This document shows positions 53,533 through 64,000 of a stretch of DNA of 64,000 nucleotides, piece after piece. Below the pieces are notes generated by a model. It was not told where the DNA came from. It saw only the letters and a program-made list of their open reading frames with translations, and ran no database searches. Each line of letters opens with the position of its first letter. Within the stretch, counting starts at the first letter, position 1. The stretch is from Dictyostelium discoideum (Eukaryota). The stretch spans positions 3,104,001 to 3,168,000 of the forward strand of contig CM000155.2 in the NCBI GenBank assembly GCA_000004695.1, in the 5' to 3' direction. The translations under genes and the position numbers were made by a program.

Positions 53533-54987
53533 CTTACTTAATAAATTTGAATTATTTAAATCAATTTTTGATTGTTCAAATTGATTTAAAATTTTTTGAA
53601 TTGATTTTAAAGAATCATCAGTTGAAGATAATAATTTTTCTTCATATTCTTCAATTTCAGATAAATGTTTTTTCTCTAATTCTTCAATTTCAGCATTTTT
53701 CAATTCTAATTGATCAAATAATAATTTATCATTTACAATTGTAATCTCTTCGATTTCCTTTTGTAAACTATCAATGATTTGTTTTGAAGAGGTTTGTAAT
53801 TGATCATAATTGAGTTGTTTTTCTTTAATGGTTAATTGTAGTTGTTGAATTTCTTTATTCTTTGATTGAGTTAATTGTTCATGATCTTGGAGTACAGATT
53901 GTTTGATATCATCGATTTTAGATAACAACTCTTTATAACTATTTGATTTATCTTGATATTTAATTGATAATTGTTGGTATTTATTTGCAAAATCAGATTT
54001 CTCATTCTCTAATCGGTTTAATAACTCTGAGGATTCCTTTAACTTTTCTTGGGTTTTTTTCACCAAGTCTTGGTGTTTCTCTAGATTTGATCTTTGTTCA
54101 TTTTCATATTTAACTTTTAAATTCTCAATAAATTCTTTTAATTTCATTAAATCATTCTCTTCATTCAAGTTTCTTTGTAATTGGGCTTCTTGCTGTCGTC
54201 TCTCTTGGATTCTCTCTGATGATGGTGTTAGGTTTTCAAAGAGGATTCTGTCCCTTTCCTCTTTCTCGGATCGTTCTTTGTTCTGCTTGTTTTGGGTCTC
54301 AATCACTTGGTTTCTGTATGAGTCAAAGTCATTGGACACTCTTTGATTGTCAGTTTCAAGTTGCTCGATTCTGCCCTCGTAAAAGAGTTTAAGTTGATTG
54401 ATTGTAAATTCATGATCATCCTTTGATTTTAATAATATATCTTTTCTAATCTCTTCACAGTTAAATCCATGACCTTCCTTTAATGATTCCATTAATACTC
54501 TATTACTCGTATTTACATTATCCAATTCTCTCTTTAATTTATTTATAACTTTCCTAGATTCAGTATCCCTTTGTTCTGCTCGAATTTTAAAATCTTCAAA
54601 TAATTGTTCTGTCTCTGTAAATCTAATCTTCTTTATTTCATTAACTTTATCTTTTAATTCATAATATTTCCTTTTAAATAAATTTAAATTATTTAAATTA
54701 TTATTATTATTATCATCATTATTTAAATTATTATTATTATTATTATTTAAATTATTATTTTTATTATTATTTACATTAATATTACTATTTGTTGTAATAT
54801 TATTATTATTTATATTATTATTATTATTATTATTATTTTCAATATCATTATTATTTTCAATATAGCTATTATTATTATTTATATTATTATTTTCTAAATT
54901 ATTTTCATCTTCAGTGAAATTTTTATGTACAGTTTGATCAATACGTTGTTTTTGTGATCTTCTATTATCTGTTGCCCTTCTTGGCAT
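53149..54987 (-). CDS. Long coiled-coil protein with an Asn-rich N-terminus and a ~90-aa C-terminal globular domain, which is encoded by a separate last exon. Intron 53427-53537.
   Basis: True ATG at 54987 (MPRRATDNRRSQ). The track ORF start at 55131 translates the 5' poly-T. Heptad-rich E/K/Q/L sequence. Donor TTAA|GTAAGT at 53538 and acceptor tttAG at 53427. Last exon NKTNENHLEIYKLLTGTNISIISENKFEVICQNPKYDAKVHGYITINEDDIYYDPISIDNCRNENEFLGTRLEFPKDEGMAFIVKLIEAVFR, stop at 53149. Confidence 0.55.
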
Positions 54988-55607
54988 TTTATTTTTATAA
55001 AAATTAATTAAAATAAAAGTTGGTTTGAAGAGGAAAAATAATTGTTGTATTTTTATTATTAATAAAAAAGTAAAAAAAAAAAAAAAAAAAGAAAAATTGA
55101 AAAAAAAAAAAGGAAAAAAAAGTGGCGCCAAAAAAAAAAATAATAATTTTGGAGGGCAGATTTTTTTTTTTTTAACTACAAAAATTTGTTTAAGATTTAG
55201 AATTTATTTTTAAAATTAAAACATATGAAAATAAATAAAAAAAAAAGAAAAAAAATTGATTTTTTTTTTATTTTTTTTATTTTGGATTATATGTTTACAA
55301 ATAATTAATTTCAAAAATCAATTTTTTTTTTTTTTTTTTGAAACAATAATTTTATTGTTTATTTTTTATTTTTTGGTATCATAATTTTGTATTTCCTGAT
55401 TTTTTTCTTGGTGTTATTTTTATTTTTATAAAAAATAAAAAAAAAAAAAAAATAAAAATGAAAAATTAAAAAAAAAAAAAAAAAAAATTTTTAAAAAAAC
55501 CGAGTCGAACGAATCTTTTTTTTTTTTTTTTTTTTTTTTTAATTTTTTTTTTTTAATTTTTTTTATTTTCTTTAATTTATATATATATTTGACCTACAAA
55601 AATAAAA

Positions 55608-58600
55608 ATGGGAAAAAAAATAAAGAAACAAACAGTTTTACCATTAAATGTTAAACCAAAGGGATTAACAAAAAAAGTACAATTACCAAAAGATCAAAAT
55701 TTAACAATTAAAGAATTAACAAAATATGATATCCTCTTTAAACAAGGTGAAAAGAATGTATCAAAAACTTCAGACTTTGTAGAAGTAGGTGAAGATGAAG
55801 TTGATAGTGAAGAAGATGATTATTTTAAAAATTCTTCATTTTTAAAATCAAATTTAACTGATGATGCGTATGTGTATATTTTATTTTTATTTTCAATAGA
55901 ATTTTAATAACCCCACCCACTAATATACTAATTTTTTTATTTTATTTTATTTTATTTTATTTTATTTTATTTTATTTTATTTTATTTTATTAGTAAATTT
56001 CAAAAATTATCATATTCTAAACAATTAGAAAATGAATATGAAGATCCAAAAGAAAAATCTAAAGCAGAAGAATCAGTTAAACAATTAAAAAAAAGAAAAT
56101 CAATTGATGATGATGAAGAAGAGGAATATAATGAATTAGAAGAAGATGAAATATATAATGAAAAGAGTGATGATGATGACGATGATGATGATGATGATGA
56201 TGATATTGAAAATGAAAGAGAAAATGATGAAAATAAAAGAGAATGGAAATTAGAAACAGTTGTTAAAAAGAGATTACCAATTAAAACACATGATGGTAGA
56301 ATGAAAACAATTACTCAAGTTATCACAGCAAAGGAATTAAAAGAAACTAAAGAAAAAAATGAAAAAACTAAAGAACAATTAATTGAACAAGTTACAAAAG
56401 AAAGAAATGCCAAAAATAAACAAAAAGGTAAAAAACCAACAGCAACACCAACAACAATTTCAAAAGAAGTAAATAAACAAATTAAAGATGCACCACAAAA
56501 GAAACAAAAAAAAAAAGATAATGATGAATCATCAGATGAAAGTGATACAGAGATTGAGAATTTAGATGTTTTAGATAGAGATATTGATGATAATGAATTT
56601 AATGATAATTCAAAATCATTGAACAGTAATAAAGATGATGACTTTTCAAAATTATCAGAAGGTGAAAGATATTTAAAAGAACAAGAATTAATTGAGAATG
56701 CAAAGATGAGTTTAGCAAAAGCAAGTTCATTGATTATTTCAAATCCAGAGAATAACATTCAAGCAATTAAAGAATTATTTTCAATTTGTATCAATAATAA
56801 AAACATTGTTATTAAAAAGTATAGTATTTTATCATTATGTGCAGTATTTAAGGATATCATACCAGGTTATAAGATTAATAAAGATTTGGCAGACGAGATT
56901 AAAAATGGCCAAACCAGTGCCGACGGTGCAGGACAGCCAAAGCAAAAACTTTCTAAAGAGATTAAAAAGATTAGAGAATATGAGAAAAAGCTATTGAAAT
57001 TCTATCAAAATTATTTAGTATTAATTGAAAATTCAATTAGTAATATTCTATCATTATTGGCAAGAAAAGTACCAAATACCAATGGTATTGGATTCTTTAA
57101 AATCAATGGTACCAACTATAGTAATAATGATTTAACATCATTATTACAATGTATTTTGAAGGCTGTTTCAACATTATTAATCACTCATCCACATTTCAAT
57201 TTCCGTACCAATTTAGTCACAATCACATCACGTTTTACAGTTTACAAAGATAAAGATATTGCAATGATGTGTTTGGAAGCCGTTAAATCATTATTTGAAC
57301 ATGATTCAACTGGTGGTGAAACTTCATTAGAGGTAGTACGTTGTTTGGCAAATGTAGCAAAATCTGCAAACTATTTAATTGATCCAAAGGTTGTACGTGT
57401 TTTCTTGGCAATGCGTTTAACAGATGTAATCGAGAAAATCAATCCATTCGGGTTCGCATCTGATGAGGCAAAGTTGGGTAAAAAAGATAGAAAGCATCTA
57501 ACTCGTACTGAAAAGAAGAAAAGAAAAGAAGATAAATCATTAGATAAAGAAATGAAAGAGGCAGAAGCTGAATTCTCAGTAAAGGAGCAAAAATTCCTTC
57601 AAACTGAAATTTTAAAGGCAATATTTATTCTTTATTTTAGAATTATAAAGAAAGCACCAAATTCACCTGCATTGACATCGGTATTGGAAGGGTTGGCTAA
57701 ATTCTCCCATTTGATATCTGTGGATTTCTTGGGTGACCTTTTGAAGGTACTTGGTGACTTGATTGAGAATGGTATCACTTCTATTGCCAATGCATTCAAT
57801 ACCAATATCACCGCCTTTAAGACTATTAAACTCCATGGTGGCTCGTTGAATGTCGATTTGAAGGATTACTACGTCCGTGTCTACTCCCTCCTCACCGACA
57901 TGGTTTTACCTAAAGAGCATGGTGTGATCGTAACTGCCTTGGACGCCCTACAATTAATGTTGGGTGACAAGAAGCAAACCGCCGTTGAAAGAGTTGCATC
58001 ATTCATTAAACGTCTCTCAACCATCGCTTTGTTTTTACCACCACATGCATCATTGGCATTAGTTTCATTCATTAAACAATTATTTATAACTTATCCACAA
58101 ACCCAACGTTTACTTGAAACCGATTCAACTTTCTCTGGTGGTGACTACGTTCCAGAGGCACAAGATCCTGATCATTGTAATCCATTCGCTTCAACTCTAT
58201 GGGAACTATCATTGTTAACCAATCACTGGCATCCAAAATTCGAACCAATCTTAAAAAGAATCTTATCATATAATGAATCACAAATGTCCTCTCAACATGT
58301 TACTCGTGAACGTTCACCATTGGAATTATATCGTTCCTATGATAATAGTAAAGGTGGTTTCAATCCACCAATTGAATTACCAAAAGAACATCATTTACTT
58401 GGTAAAATGCGTAAATTAAAAAAATCATTTAAAAATCGTGAAATTCAAGTTTTCATCACTCCTCAAAAACAATTTGAAAAATCATCTTTCCTTAATCAAT
58501 GTCAACAACAAACCTCTGATAAAGAAATTCAAAAACAAAATATTACTTTTGATAATTATTTTAATGAAAATAAAGATTTTAATAATCAAATGAAATTATT

Positions 58601-58709
58601 TAAAAAATTGGAAAATTTAAAAAATTTAAAATCAAGATTGGATTCTCAAAAATCTCAAAAATCTCAACCACAAAAGAAAAATACCAAGAAAATTTTAAAT
58701 ACTAAATAA
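55608..58709 (+). CDS. noc3: Nucleolar complex protein 3 (NOC3, CBF/Mak21 family) homolog. Two exons, intron 55869-55993.
   Basis: Exon 1 ends GATGATGC|GTATGT. Acceptor ttattAG at 55992-55993. The frame continues through an acidic stretch into ORF 56301-58709. NOC3-like central region LSLCAVFKDIIPGYKI...CLEAVKSLFEHD. The intron contains (TTTTA)n. Confidence 0.65.
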
Positions 58710-58860
58710 AATTTTAAATAAAAATAAAAAAAAATAAAAAATAAAAAATAAAAAAAAAAATTAAAAATATAAAAAAATAAAAAAAAAAAAATAAAAAAAT
58801 TTATATTCTTTTTTTTATCATTTCTATAATCAATTATTCAAAAAAAAAAAAAAAAAAAAA

Positions 58861-59388
58861 ATGCAAAATAGTAATAATTTAGGTTTATCTTTAGAAAAAA
58901 AAGATTATCATAATAAAAGTAAAATTATTGATAATGATGATAATAATAAAGAAAAAATTTATTGGTTAAATTATGATATTGAAAATATTAAAAAAGAATT
59001 ACAAGAATTACAAGATGAAGAAAATCAAATTTTAAAAGATTTAGAACCTTTTAAAAAACAAATTAAAGAATTAGAAGAAATTGAAAAACGTAATCTTGAT
59101 AAAGTTCATACATATAATGAAATTAAAGATGCAACTCAAAATCAAATAGGTATAGTATTAACATTATTTTAAAAAATATAAAAAAAAAAAAAAAAGATTT
59201 TTTTTTTTTTTTAATTTTCTTTATTTACCACTGGTTGTTTTATTTTTTAAAAAAATAAAAAAATAAAATTTTCTAATTTTTTATTATAATAAAAAATTTT
59301 AATAGGTAAATTAGCAGAATATGAAGGTGTTACAATAATTCAAATGACTAAAAAACTTGGCATATTTTTGAACAGTGATGAAAAATAG
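58861..59388 (+). CDS. swi5: SWI5 homologous-recombination mediator homolog. Two exons, intron 59160-59305.
   Basis: Coiled-coil exon 1 ends ...HTYNEIKDATQNQI G|GTATAG. Exon 2 GKLAEYEGVTIIQMTKKLGIFLNSDEK matches the conserved Swi5 C-terminus (YNEI(K/R)D...IG(K)(L/V)AE...F(G)). Confidence 0.6.
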
Positions 59389-59478
59389 GTGTTATTTTTA
59401 TTTTTAAAATTTTTATTTTTTTTTATTTTGGGTTTGTCCATCTGAAACTCTTTATTTTATTGGTTTAAATATAAAAAC

Positions 59479-59509
<31 letters not shown>

Positions 59510-60444
59510 AAACAAAAGAAAAAAAGAAAACAAAAAAATATTTTTAAAAATAAAAATATCAAAGACTTAGGAAATAGAGAAAAAAAATGTCTTTTTCTAT
59601 TCCATTTCCAGCCTAAAAGCACCATCGCATCGTGGATTTGTGTTTAAAAATAAACTTTTATGATAAAGATAAAAAATAAAAATAAAAAAAAAATAATAAA
59701 ATAATAAAACAACACTTAAAGAGATTAATTGAATTTTTTTTTTATTTTTTATTTAGACCAAATCTTTTTTTTGTGCGAATCTTGATCTGTGTAAAAATAT
59801 GCACGTTGCAAAAAAAAAAAAAAAAAAAAAAAATATTAAAAAAAAAAAAAGAAAACCAAAAATAAATTTTATTTTTATTTTTTTTTATTTTTTTTTTTTA
59901 TTTTTAAGTTGGTTCTTTCTTTCTCTTACTCTTTCAGTTGTGTAAATACTCAATCAAAAACCAAAAATCAAAAAAATATTATTCATTAAAAAAAAAAAAA
60001 AGGAAAAGAAAATCAATTCTGATAAGAGAGAATTTCAAACTATCATACCTTTATATTTTTTTAATATTTTATTTTTGCCATAAATTCATTTTAACCCATC
60101 ACACACCACACTCACACAACACTGTAAAAATAATAACTACCTTTGTGTTATGTTTGTAAAATATATTTTCAATTAAATTATTATATAATAATAATAACAC
60201 CACCCATTAAAAATAAAAAAATAAAAAAAAATAAAAAAAATAAAAATAAAAATAAAAAAAAATAAACAAATAAAAATAAAAAAAAAGCAAAAAATATATT
60301 TTATTTAAACAATTTTCTTTTTTTTAATTTTTGTGTTGTGTGTTTAAAATTTTTTTTCCAGATCTTAATATTTATGAAAATATAAAAATAACAAAACAGT
60401 AATAAGAATATAAATAAATAAAAAAATAAAAAAAAAAATAAAAA

Positions 60445-62441
60445 ATGGCAGGTGATGATGATAGAAATTCAATTCCAATGGAACATTATGACCAACAAGA
60501 ATTACAACCACCACAACAAGAATTACAACAACCACCACAACAACAACAACAACAACAACAAGAATTACAACAACAACAACAACAACAACAACAAATATAT
60601 CCAAGTATAAATGATTTAGATTCTTCAAGAAATAATTCACCACAAGTACCACATTATGCAAGTAAGAATTCATTTAATAATAATAATAGTAGTAGTAATC
60701 AATCATTAGAAAAAATACAAGAATTGGAAAGTAAAAAAGAACTTGCCTATGAACATTTAAGTCCAGCACCACAATCATCATCGTATGAAGATTTAGGATT
60801 AAAAGATCAAGTTTTAGAGAATGTATTTGGTGCAACAGTACGTCAAAAGAAAGCAAGAGTACCTGAGGGATTTATAGTGAGTTATACAAAATCAGGTCAA
60901 CCATTTTTATTATCGGTAGAGTTACAACGTGAAACCAATGAAGATTTCATGGCAGCTAATGAACATGCAAAATTGAAACTACCAATAAATTGTGACAATA
61001 AAGATATCGAGAGAGTGTATGGCACTGGTGTTTATTTATACTTTAATTTCATTTCATTTTGTATTGGTGTCAATGTATTATTATTCCTATGCGTACTCAT
61101 TAACATGATACCACATTATTACTTTGGTGCAAAGTATGACCATTTTAAGAATTTCTCAATTCAAGATTATCTATTACTCTCTTTGAATCTTCAATCCTAT
61201 TATCAGTCAGAGGTGAAATTGTACTATTTCTGGTCGACTTTTGGTTGTATTTTACTCTCATTTTTCATGGGCCCCGTCTATGCTTTCAAAATTAATTCAT
61301 ACTTTAGAAAATCAAATAAAACTGATTTCGAAGATGGATTCGATGCTGATGATGTAATCATTAAAAATGCAAATATACCACGTAAAGAACGTTTAGTTCG
61401 TTTTTTCATCTCTTATATCATCTTTATTTTATTATTATGTGGTTCCGCTGTACTTTGTGCTTTAGTTTTAAAATTTGTAAATTCTTATAAATTTTTTACA
61501 AATATTTTGTAAGTTTTTTTTTTTTTTTTTTAAAAAAATAATAATAAAATAATAAATAATATTAATATTAATTTTTTTTCCTATATATAGAACAACATCA
61601 TTTATTTCAGCTTGTATTATTAGAGTTATAAATGTAATTTATGATCAAATTTCAATTTATTTAACAATGTTTGAAAAACATCCAACTTGGACAAAATTTA
61701 AAATTCAAAATACTTTAAAATTATTTGTTTTTAAAATTGTAAATGTTATTATTTTATATATTCTTAGAGATAGAATATTTGAAAATATTACTCATCAATC
61801 AATTTTAGAAGGTTGTCCATTTGTTGACGTTGGTTCTCAATTTTTATTTATTTTAGTTTTAGATTTAACTGTAAGTTTTATATAAATAAATTATATTTTA
61901 AAATTAATAATTTATTTATTAATTTTATTTTAATTATTTATTTTTGAATCAATAGTTATCAAATCTTTGGGAAATTATTTATAGTGTTTCAATGGCATAT
62001 ATTGGAAGAAGAAGAGAAAAGAGTGGTAAAAAATCAACAGAATCTTATAAACCTGAATTTGAAATTTCTGAAGAATATTTGGAGATTTTGTATAGACAAT
62101 TTATTGTATATTTAGGTTTACCAATTTATCCAATTGTAACTTTATTTGGTGTTGTTTGTAATATTGTTGAATATTATGTTGATAGATTCAGATTAATTAG
62201 AATTTGTAAAAAACCACATAGAATGCAAGGTTCTATGAAAAAGTTTTTATCATTTTATTTATTATTCATCTCTTTAATTAGTGTTGCTAGTTATCCGTAT
62301 GGTTCAGGTTGGGTTTTAATTCAAATTGGTTTTAAAACTGGAAATTTAAATACTAATTGTGGTTATTTATTCGATGGTGATATTCCAGTTTCTGATTCTT
62401 CATCTTCAAGTACTGGAAATGGAATTGGTATTAAAATCTAA
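60445..62441 (+). CDS. TMC (transmembrane channel-like) family protein. Three exons: 60445-61508, 61591-61870, 61956-62441. Poly-Q N-terminus.
   Basis: Donors GTAAGT at 61509 and 61871. Acceptors tatatAG at 61590 and caatAG at 61955 maintain the frame. TMC-signature-like sequence EGCPFVDVGSQFLFILVLDL...PEFEISEEYLEILYRQFIVYLGLPIYPIVTLFGVVCNIVEYYVDRFRL. Multiple TM helices. Confidence 0.55.
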
Positions 62442-62544
62442 AAAAAATAAAAAATATAAAAAAAAATATAAAAAAATAAAGAAAAATAAAAAAAAAAAAA
62501 AAAAAAACTATTTATTAATTAAAGAAATAAAAATATAAAATTAA

Positions 62545-62595
<51 letters not shown>

Positions 62596-62783
62596 TTAAT
62601 AGTTTGAAGAAAAAATTAAGATTTAAAAAAAAAAAATAAAAAAAAAAAAAAAAAAAAAATATCTTTATTTTGTGGAAAATGTTTAATTACATATGTGTGA
62701 ATATATTAATTAAATTTAATAATTAATAATTTTTAAAAATATCAAAATGTGGTTTCAATTTGGTTATTTGAAAAATTTGCAAC

Positions 62784-62824
<41 letters not shown>

Positions 62825-63248
62825 TTTTTTTTTACATTTTATTTTATTTTTTTTATATTTTTTTTTTTAATTTTTTTTAATTTTTTTTATTTTATGGGTG
62901 TAGTGTGTTTGATAAATAATACAGAGATATCAATACCAATTTTGTAATAATACAAATATTCAAATATTTTTTTATATACATATATATTTTTTCCTTAATT
63001 TATAAAAAAAAATAAAAAAATAAATTTTTTTTATATAATAACATATTAATAATAATATCTTTGTCATTTTAAAATAATAATTTTTTTTATTTTTCTTATT
63101 TATTTAGGACATATATATCCAATAATTTAAAATTTTCTCAACCAATATTTTTTTTTTTTTAATTATTTAAAAATTAATTAACTAGATTTTTTTTTTTTTT
63201 TTTTAAAAAAAAAACAAAAAAAAAAAAAAAAAGCAAAAAAAAAAAAAA

Positions 63249-64000
63249 ATGGCAGGCAAAAAAAATAAAAAACAATTAAAACAAGAAAAACAACAAAGAA
63301 AAGAACAATATCTAGCTCAACAACAACAAGAACAACAACAAGAACAACAACATAAAGAAGAAGAAGAATCAAAAGTTACAACAGCAATTATATCAACTGA
63401 TGATGAAGATGACATAATAAATAATGATAATGATGATAATAATAATGATAATAATAATAATAGTGTAAATAACAATAATAAAAATAATAATATAGAAACT
63501 GATGATGAAGAAGATTATGATTACGACGATGATGATGATGATGATGATGAAGATGAGGAAGTTGGTAAAATTACCAATTATTGGGTTGAAGAATCACCAA
63601 TGAAACAAGAATTATATGATATGTTTGGTAGTAATTTATTATCAAATGGATCAATTGATATTGATGAACCAAAAGTTCAATTTAATCAAACAAGAAAGAT
63701 TTTTCATTTTACAAAAAGTCCAATTGAATTATTACCAGAATCTTATTTTGATTATACAGATTTTCGTGAATATGATGAAGATGACGATGAAAAAGAAGAT
63801 GACGATGAAGATGAAGACGACGAAGACGATGATGATTACCAAGATGGTGAATATGAAAATAATTTAAAAGATAGTCAAGATAAAGAAAATGAAAATGACG
63901 ATGACGATGAAGATGAAGAACAAGAGGATGAAGAAGAAGGTATACAACAATTTAATAAAAATAATAAATTTAATAATAAGCGTGATGAATATTATGATTA
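63249..64000 (+). CDS. 5' part of a gene for a highly acidic (Asp/Glu-rich) protein. Open to the window end, partial.
   Basis: ATG at 63249 (MAGKKNKKQLKQEKQQRKEQYLAQQQQ...) with no stop for 250 codons. It is not in the ORF track, presumably because it does not terminate within the window. Confidence 0.45.
   Translation, partial: MAGKKNKKQLKQEKQQRKEQYLAQQQQEQQQEQQHKEEEESKVTTAIISTDDEDDIINNDNDDNNNDNNNNSVNNNNKNNNIETDDEEDYDYDDDDDDDDEDEEVGKITNYWVEESPMKQELYDMFGSNLLSNGSIDIDEPKVQFNQTRKIFHFTKSPIELLPESYFDYTDFREYDEDDDEKEDDDEDEDDEDDDDYQDGEYENNLKDSQDKENENDDDDEDEEQEDEEEGIQQFNKNNKFNNKRDEYYD

Noticed and set aside
60365-60856. Poly-Val 102-aa ORF antisense to the TMC gene start
   Set aside because: Antisense reading of the (CAA)n poly-Q coding repeat.

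Overview
This window is eukaryotic nuclear DNA of the Dictyostelium discoideum type (social amoeba), not a prokaryotic locus. The evidence is ~75-80% AT content, very long poly(A)/poly(T) and (AAT)n tracts, poly-N/poly-Q (CAA)n coding runs, and short AT-rich introns with GTAAGT/GTATGT donors and AG acceptors. Three of the four tRNA genes (tRNA-Ile and both tRNA-Lys) carry a downstream external B box, and a TRE5-A retrotransposon sits ~47 bp upstream of one tRNA gene. The ORF track often splits multi-exon genes, and it uses GTG/TTG as start codons, so several of its 'M' starts are not ATG. I reassembled exon structures by hand, so boundaries are approximate within a few nucleotides. Main content: (1) 858-5048, a MAPEG (microsomal GST-like) gene and a proline-rich IQ-motif plus double-WW-domain gene. 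(2) 5284-7374, a lineage-specific Asn-rich gene with a paralog at 37895-40669. (3) 7920-19504, a tandem head-to-tail cluster of three paralogs encoding large type-I membrane glycoproteins with IPT/TIG and tenascin-type EGF modules, which I read as tgr-like allorecognition/adhesion genes: two intact multi-exon genes and one internally deleted pseudogene, with mosaic near-identity blocks that suggest gene conversion. (4) 20039-22283, a gene encoding five tandem ~135-aa repeats of an unknown domain. (5) Genes for a short-chain dehydrogenase, a Sec14/CRAL-TRIO protein and a WD40 protein. (6) 28339-30545, tRNA-Ala(AGC) and tRNA-Ile(AAT), followed by a 5'-truncated, poly(A)-terminated non-LTR (TRE3-like) fragment. 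(7) An LMBR1-domain membrane protein gene. (8) 33397-37516, two identical tRNA-Lys(UUU) genes in inverted orientation bracketing a retroelement nest: a 2.6-kb TRE5-A (A-module tandem repeats, ORF1, truncated ORF2, 3' B- and C-modules, 14-15 bp target-site duplication), plus palindromic C-module fragments and unclassified repeats. (9) Genes for DIS3/RRP44 exoribonuclease, nicotinamidase, a PI-PLC-X-domain protein, a coiled-coil protein, NOC3, SWI5 and a TMC-like channel protein, and a partial acidic protein gene running off the window end. I see no novel multi-gene system in the prokaryotic sense. The most interesting structures are the tgr-like cluster, the tRNA-Lys/TRE5-A nest, the five-repeat protein and a hairpin-dense candidate ncRNA island.
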